A stretch of DNA of 28,401 nt from positions 1 through 28,401 of the forward strand of contig JANXYA010000049.1 of the NCBI GenBank assembly GCA_025350345.1, written 5' to 3'. Positions 23,608 through 28,401 of this stretch are shown in pieces (the stretch's first letter is position 1; the number at the start of each line of letters is the position of its first letter). The DNA comes from Gammaproteobacteria bacterium (lineage in GTDB: Bacteria; Pseudomonadota; Gammaproteobacteria; Steroidobacterales; Steroidobacteraceae). A program made the position numbers and the translations under genes. The notes below the pieces were generated by a model. That model searched no databases, was not told the origin of the DNA, and saw nothing but the letters and a program-made list of their open reading frames with translations.

Positions 23608-25787
23608 AGCCGCCGCGTCCTGATGGAACCCACGGCGCCGGGCGCCGGGGCACGCTGCTGCTGTGGCTGCTGGTCCTCATCGCTTCTTTGCCCCTCGCCT
23701 CGGGGCTCGAGGCGCGGCTGGAAACCGCTGCGCGCGTCACCGGCTCGGATCATGAGCGCGTCGCGCAGCTCCTGCGCAGCGAATTCGACAGCGCCTTCGC
23801 CGACCCGCTGATCCTGGTGGCCAGCGGCATCGCCCCCGGCGATGCGATCACGGCCGAGCAGCTGAGCCATCGACTGACCGCGGCCCTGGAAGTCGATCCG
23901 CACGTCGCCGGACTGCTCAGTTACGAGAACACGCACGATGTGCTGTTCCTGGGCGCCAGGGGACAGGGTGCCGTCATACTCGTGCGGCCGAAGGATCCGG
24001 CGGGCTCGATGGACGCGACGCTCACGCAGCTGCGCGCGCTCACCGCGATGCTGGAGCGTGAGCTGCGTGGCTCTGCCCCGGCGCTCTCGCTCCAGTGGAC
24101 GGGCGCGGCGGCACTCAATGCCGACCTGCGGCGCGTCAGCGCGACGGAAGCCCAGGCGGCCGAGGCGCGGGTGATGCCGCTCGTCCTGCTGCTGCTCCTG
24201 CTGGTGTTCCGCTCGGTGCCCGCGGCGCTCCTTCCGGCGATCGCCGGCATGGTCTGCATTCCGATCGCACTCGGGATCGCCGCGCTCGCGAGCCGCGTCC
24301 TGCCGCTCTCGATCGTGCTGATCAACGTCGTCTCCATGCTGGGACTCGGACTCAGCATCGACTATGCCCTGCTGATGGTCGGCCGCTTTCGCGAGGAGCT
24401 CGCCGCCGGTCACGACGGCCCCGCGGCGGCCCGGCGGACGCGTCGCAGCGCCGGTCATACCATCCTGCTGTCGGCAGCCGGCATTGCCGTGGGATTCGCG
24501 GCACTGCTGCTCGTGCCGATCAACGAGATCCGCTCGATCGCGGTGGGTGGACTGATCGTGCTGGCCGTCGCCGTGCTGCTGGCCTGCACCCTGCTGCCGG
24601 CCCTGCTCGCCAGGCTCGGCAGCCGGATCAATGCCTGGCCCGTGCCGTGGCCCAGGCGCTGGTCGCTGCCCCACGGTTCCTGGAGCCGCGCGACGGGCGC
24701 ACTGTTCCGGCGCCCCGCGCTGTTCCTGCTGTGTGGACTGGCGCCGCTCCTGTTGCTCGGCGTGCACGCCCTGGATCTGCGCATCAGCCTGCCGCGCGGG
24801 CAGTGGCTGCCGCGCTCCGCCGCCTCGGTACGCGCGATGACACAGCTTCAGGCCATGGGCCAGCCAGATCTGTCACAGCTGATTGAAGTGCTGGTCGGGC
24901 TGCCCGCCGGGGTGAGCGTGGATGATCCGCGCGGGCGCGCCCTGCTCGCGGATGTCTCGCGCCAGCTGGGCCGTGACGCCAGAGTCGGCGCGGTGCGCGA
25001 GCTCAGCGCTGCCGCCGTCCTGGCCGAGGCGGCGGGCGTCCCGGTCACGAAGGCGCTGCCCCAATTGCACCGCATGTTTGCCAGCCGTGACCTGCGCACG
25101 GCCCTGGTCGCGCTCATTCCGGCGGCCGGGACCGACAGCATCGCACTGACCGAGCTGGTACGCGACATCCGCGCCGGGCGCAACTTCGTGCTGCCCGAGA
25201 GCGCCGCCTCGATCCTGGTCGGCGGCCTGCCTGCCCTGAACGCCGACTACGAAGACTCGGTTCGCTCGCACAGTCCAGCGGTCGTCGCCACCGTGCTGGG
25301 CGTCAGTTTCCTGATGCTCCTGATCGGCTTCCGTTCCGTGGCGATCGCCCTGAAGGCCGTGCTGCTGAACGTGATTTCGGTGGCGGCCTCACTGGGCGCG
25401 CTCGTCTGGGTGTTCCAGGACGGCGTCTTTCCCAATATTCCCATCCTCGCCTTCTGCATCGTGTTCGGGCTGAGCATGGACTACGAGGTGTTCCTGTTCC
25501 ATCGGGTGCTGGAATCCCACCGGGCCGGCCGCACGGACGAAGAGTCGATGGACGATGGCCTGCGACTGACCGCGAGGCTGATCGCCAGCGCCGCACTCAT
25601 CATGATCGCGGTGTTCGGCGCCTTCTGCCTGGGCGAGTTCCTGTTCATCAGGATGCTCGGCTTCACGCTCGCCGTAGCGGTATTGATCGACGCGACGCTC
25701 GTGCGGCTGCTGCTCGGTCCGGCGATATTTGCGCTGGCCGGACGCTGGAACTGGTGGCCCGGGCCGCGCCTGGACCGCCTGCGCTAG
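23604..25787 (+). CDS. MMPL (RND superfamily) transporter
   Basis: Two internal repeats with GLGLSIDYALLMVGRFREE and FGLSMDYEVFLFHRVLE (paired Asp-Tyr), ITG/TARLIASAALIM, DATLVRLLLGPA; about 11-12 TM; GTGA overlap with the upstream gene; 727 aa. Confidence 0.92.
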   Translation: MKPPRPDGTHGAGRRGTLLLWLLVLIASLPLASGLEARLETAARVTGSDHERVAQLLRSEFDSAFADPLILVASGIAPGDAITAEQLSHRLTAALEVDPHVAGLLSYENTHDVLFLGARGQGAVILVRPKDPAGSMDATLTQLRALTAMLERELRGSAPALSLQWTGAAALNADLRRVSATEAQAAEARVMPLVLLLLLLVFRSVPAALLPAIAGMVCIPIALGIAALASRVLPLSIVLINVVSMLGLGLSIDYALLMVGRFREELAAGHDGPAAARRTRRSAGHTILLSAAGIAVGFAALLLVPINEIRSIAVGGLIVLAVAVLLACTLLPALLARLGSRINAWPVPWPRRWSLPHGSWSRATGALFRRPALFLLCGLAPLLLLGVHALDLRISLPRGQWLPRSAASVRAMTQLQAMGQPDLSQLIEVLVGLPAGVSVDDPRGRALLADVSRQLGRDARVGAVRELSAAAVLAEAAGVPVTKALPQLHRMFASRDLRTALVALIPAAGTDSIALTELVRDIRAGRNFVLPESAASILVGGLPALNADYEDSVRSHSPAVVATVLGVSFLMLLIGFRSVAIALKAVLLNVISVAASLGALVWVFQDGVFPNIPILAFCIVFGLSMDYEVFLFHRVLESHRAGRTDEESMDDGLRLTARLIASAALIMIAVFGAFCLGEFLFIRMLGFTLAVAVLIDATLVRLLLGPAIFALAGRWNWWPGPRLDRLR

Positions 25788-25806
25788 CCCCGCTGGCGCC
25801 GCCGCC

Positions 25807-26427
25807 TCAGCGGCTGGCCGGACGATCAAGCAGGCGCACATGGCGCGGCTGCGCCGCCACACGCGCCAGCCACGCGCGAATCGCGGGGAACGGGGCGAGC
25901 TCGAGCCCAGCCTCCTCCGCCACGTGCGTGTAGGCATACAGCGCGATGTCGGCAATGCTGTAGCGCTCGCCCACGAAGTAGCTGCGCGTGGAGAGCTGCC
26001 CCTCCATCACCGCGAGTGCCGCGCGACCACGCTCCTGGCGTTGCGGCAGTTCGGCGCGGCGCGGATGGTCCGCGGGCAGGTGGTGCATGATGAAGCGCGG
26101 CGTGGCCACGTTGGGCTCGTGGCTGTATTGCTCGAAGAACATCCACTGCAGCACCTGCGCGCGCGCCAGCCGCTCGGTGGGCAGGAAGGCCGTGCCCTCG
26201 GCCAGATAACACAGGATGGCATCCGATTCGGCCAGGCATTGCCCGTCCTCGAACTCCAGCGTCGGGATGCGGCCGTTCGGATTCTTGGCCAGGAACTGCG
26301 GCGTGCGCGTCTCACCGCGCGTGATGTCGAGTTCGACGTAGCGGTAAGGCTGCTGCAGCTGCGCCAGCAGCAGGCGGATCTTGTAGCCATTGCCGGAATC
26401 GAGAAAGTCGTAGAGCGTGTACATCAT
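25807..26427 (-). CDS. Glutathione S-transferase family protein
   Basis: SGNGYKIRLLL, KNPNGRIPTL, LAESDAIL.YLAEG, QWMFFEQYSHEP, SIADIALYAYTH. Confidence 0.93.
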   Translation of the reverse strand: MMYTLYDFLDSGNGYKIRLLLAQLQQPYRYVELDITRGETRTPQFLAKNPNGRIPTLEFEDGQCLAESDAILCYLAEGTAFLPTERLARAQVLQWMFFEQYSHEPNVATPRFIMHHLPADHPRRAELPQRQERGRAALAVMEGQLSTRSYFVGERYSIADIALYAYTHVAEEAGLELAPFPAIRAWLARVAAQPRHVRLLDRPASR

Positions 26428-27263
26428 TCAGTCCCTATTGGTGTGTCGGCACGCGCGCCCCATTCCGCCCAGGACCCGTCATAGAGGGCGCCCTCGGGCA
26501 GGCCGGCCACGGCCAGGCCGAGGTTCAATATCGCCGCCGTCAGGCCCGAGCCGCAGCTCGTGATCACGGCGCTGTGTTCATCCACGCCGGCGCGCGCGAA
26601 GCGCTCGCGCAACTCCTCGCGCGGGCGCAACGTCTGTTCAGGGGTCAGCAGCTCGGCATAGGGCAGGCTGCGGGCGCCCGGTATGTGCCCGCTGCGCAGC
26701 CCCGGCCTCGGCTCGCTCACCCTGGCATGGAATCTATCGGCGGAACGGGCATCGAGCACGAGTTCACGCCCCGAGCGGAGATTGTCCAGCAGGTCCCCCA
26801 TCCCACGGAGCAATCCGGCGCGCAGCGCGGTCCTGTACACGGCCGGAACGGGCGCAGTGATCGCACCCTCCTGCAGCGCGCGTCCTTCGCTGCGCCACTT
26901 CGGCAATCCGCCGTCGAGCACCGCGACCTGCTCGTGACCAAACAGCCGCAGCATCCAGCGGCCGCGGGCCGCGGAGAAGATGCCGAGCTGGTCATAGCAT
27001 ACGATGCGACTTGCATTAGAGACGCCCAGTTCCCCGACCAGCTGCGCGAAGCGGCCCGCAGCGGGCACCATGTGCGGGAGTCCCGATTCACGATCCGCGA
27101 TCAGGTCGATATCGAAGAAACGCGCCCCCGGAATGCGCCCCGCCGCGAACAGCCCGCGGGCATCACGCTTGTCCCCAGGCATGTACCACGTGGCATCCAG
27201 TACCACGAGGTCCGGGTCCGCCAGCCTGGCGGCGAGCCATTCCGTGCTGACGATGGGATCCAT
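26424..27263 (-). CDS. sseA: 3-mercaptopyruvate sulfurtransferase (tandem rhodanese)
   Basis: MDPIVSTEWLA, VLDATWYMP, IPGARFFDID, LDGGLPKW, LDARS..RF, GHIPGA, active-site SCGSGLTAA, YDGSWAEWG. Confidence 0.95.
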   Translation of the reverse strand: MDPIVSTEWLAARLADPDLVVLDATWYMPGDKRDARGLFAAGRIPGARFFDIDLIADRESGLPHMVPAAGRFAQLVGELGVSNASRIVCYDQLGIFSAARGRWMLRLFGHEQVAVLDGGLPKWRSEGRALQEGAITAPVPAVYRTALRAGLLRGMGDLLDNLRSGRELVLDARSADRFHARVSEPRPGLRSGHIPGARSLPYAELLTPEQTLRPREELRERFARAGVDEHSAVITSCGSGLTAAILNLGLAVAGLPEGALYDGSWAEWGARADTPIGTE

Positions 27264-27366
27264 GACGCATCTTCCTGCCGGCCGGGTGAGTGCCGCAACC
27301 CCCGCCGGCGCGGTAGAATTCCGCCAGCAAGAGCGGCGCCCCTGTGGCGCCGAAGGGGACCCGGTC

Positions 27367-28020
27367 GTGATCCTCATCGGCATGTTCGATTCACCGTTTG
27401 TCCGCCGCGTGGCGATCAGCATGAAGCTGCTCGGAATCGGCTTCGAACATCGCGACTGGTCGGTCGGCGGCGATTTCGAGCGCATCCGCGCCTACAATCC
27501 GCTCGGTCGCGTACCGACCCTCATCGCCGACGACGGCGAAGCGCTGATCGACTCGGCGGCGATCCTGGACTATCTCGATGATCTCGTGGGCCCCGCGCGT
27601 GCGCTGCTGCCCGCCACGGGCGCACCGCGCCGCGCCGCCCTGCGCCTCGTCGCCATCGCCATCGGAGCGGCGGAGAAAGGCGCCCTGCAGGTCTACGAAC
27701 GCGTGTTTCGCCCCTACGAGAAGCGGCACGAGCCCTGGCTGGAGCGCCTGCGCACGCAGGTGCATGGCGCACTTGCCGAGCTCGACCGCAGCTGCGAGCG
27801 CAGCAGCGGCACCTGGCTGGTCGGCGAGCGCTTGACGCAGGCGGACATCAGCGTGAGTTGTGCCACGACCTTCCTGGATGGCGCGCTGAGTGCCGCGCCG
27901 CGGCCGGAGCAGTATCCGGCCTTGCGCGCCCTGGTCAGCCGCTGCGAGAGCCTGCCCGGGTTTGCCGCGACGCGCATCGCCTGGTCGGCGCCCACCGCCG
28001 CTGCAGCGGCGTCGAGCTGA
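27367..28020 (+). CDS. Glutathione S-transferase family protein
   Basis: GTG start with GAAGGGG RBS: (M)ILIGMFDSPFVRRVAI, YNPLGRVPTL, LIDSAAILDYLD, LTQADI; a TAGAAT -10-like element at 27314-27319. Confidence 0.92.
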   Translation: MILIGMFDSPFVRRVAISMKLLGIGFEHRDWSVGGDFERIRAYNPLGRVPTLIADDGEALIDSAAILDYLDDLVGPARALLPATGAPRRAALRLVAIAIGAAEKGALQVYERVFRPYEKRHEPWLERLRTQVHGALAELDRSCERSSGTWLVGERLTQADISVSCATTFLDGALSAAPRPEQYPALRALVSRCESLPGFAATRIAWSAPTAAAAASS

Positions 28021-28070
28021 TGGCGCGCGTACTGCCGCCGTAGGAAGCGGCGCGCGGGCACCAGCCGGAA

Positions 28071-28203
28071 TCAGTCGCGACTGTTGCGATCGGAACGGCG
28101 ATCGGGCTCGCGCTGCTGGTGGCTTTCAGCCGGCGCCGCGGGCGCCTGGCGCGCCGGCGGCGCTTCGCGAACCGCCGGTACGGCGCGCACCGGCGGCGCC
28201 AAC
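28071..28203 (-). other. Probable C-terminal Pro/Ala-rich tail of a gene convergent on the GST
   Basis: LAPPVRAVPAVREAPPARQAPAAPAESHQQREPDRRSDRNSRD* with mostly G/C third positions; stop 50 nt from the GST stop; no credible 5' part. Confidence 0.4.
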
Positions 28204-28401
28204 TGCTTGTACCCGACGTGGACGGCCGGCCCCGGGGCAAACGAGAGCAAGCCGATGAACTGCATCACCTGGTACGAGGCGCTCGCGTTCTGCATCTGGG
28301 ACGGCGGCCGCCTGCCCACCGAAGCAGAGTGGAACTACGCTGCGGCCGGGGGAATCGAGCAGCGGGTTTATCCATGGGGAGCAGTGGTCCCTGGTGCCGA
28401 C
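28201..28401 (+). CDS. Internal fragment of an FGE-sulfatase (SUMF1/EgtB/PvdO) domain protein; no 5' end, runs off the window
   Basis: Hand translation NCLYPTWTAGPGANESKPMNCITWYEALAFCIWDGGRLPTEAEWNYAAAGGIEQRVYPWG: canonical P.....W..A..FC.W...RLPTEAEW.YAA.GG...YPWG. Not in the ORF track. Confidence 0.85.

Noticed and set aside
1-28401. CRISPR arrays, rRNA/tRNA, IS elements, prophage or defence genes
   Set aside because: No regular direct repeats, RNA gene signatures, transposase/integrase motifs or phage/defence domains were seen.

Overview
GC-rich, probably gammaproteobacterial DNA (Steroidobacteraceae-like by impression only). From left to right it holds: the 3' end of rpoD; a small lipoprotein; a GcvT-family flavoprotein preceded by an in-frame-deleted choline-kinase remnant; hisN-uppP and a large DUF4382-like lipoprotein; a ~7 kb run of small single-domain genes (nitroreductase, 2 GFA, 2 cupin, 2 VOC, DUF3052, TlpA, RidA, OsmC) with further gene remnants; and a minus-strand metal-uptake operon (porin, SBP, permease, no ATPase) headed by a CxxC/RAPP DUF2946-like upstream ORF. 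A divergent, tightly coupled five-gene operon follows (PaaK-like adenylating enzyme, RoxA-like di-heme lipoprotein, bacterial ceramide-synthase/YghO-like tandem GNAT, Acg-like nitroreductase, MMPL transporter). Then come GST/sseA/GST and, near 28200, a breakpoint into an FGE-sulfatase-domain fragment. The best candidates for undescribed biology are the five-gene operon (18156-25787) and the RAPP uORF-led metal uptake operon (14508-18081). All family assignments come from recalled motifs, not database searches. No RNA genes, CRISPR arrays, transposases or integrases were seen.
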